DNA of 64,000 nucleotides from Glaucostegus cemiculus. Taxonomy: Eukaryota. Each line of letters begins with the position of its first letter. Within the stretch, counting starts at the first letter, position 1. Positions 63,951-64,000 of the stretch are shown piece by piece. The notes below the pieces were generated by a model. That model was not told where the DNA came from. It made no database searches and was given only the letters and a program-made list of their open reading frames with translations. The translations under genes were made by a program, and so were the position numbers. Location: contig CDPCPM010000020.1 in NCBI GenBank assembly GCA_976551045.1, positions 186,001 to 250,000 of the forward strand, given 5' to 3'.

Positions 63951-64000
63951 TTGAAATAAGAGTCAGTCATTTCATCTTCTGATTTTCTGGCCAAGGTGCA

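Overview
Eukaryotic genomic DNA, AT-rich and intron-rich, very probably from a cartilaginous fish (inferred from the repeat content: V-SINE/HE1-like and Deu-domain SINEs, CR1, L2, Rex1/Babar, RTE and Penelope-like fragments). The window holds the 5' part of one + strand gene, histone H3K4 methyltransferase KMT2D (MLL2/MLL4). There is a CpG-enriched promoter/first exon at about 5.0-5.9 kb, then 24 coding exons from 10168 to 59615. All introns are GT-AG, and by hand the exons splice into one open frame of 4261 nt (about 1420 codons) covering both PHD-finger clusters; the gene continues past the window end. Almost all other ORFs in the track are noise or decayed retroelement frames. I found no prokaryotic system, CRISPR array or clearly new gene. 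The best leads are: an intact extra KMT2C-type PHD finger; a 111-nt exon where mammals have a long Pro-rich exon; a spliced uORF separated from the main ORF by a single TAA; a three-monomer higher-order minisatellite at 49.2-50.1 kb; an isolated hammerhead-ribozyme core inside a SINE; inverted LINE pairs bracketing frame-shifting exons; and a tandem acceptor that would give an immediate stop. Comparisons with human KMT2C/KMT2D are from memory and need checking by alignment. Repeat boundaries are approximate.
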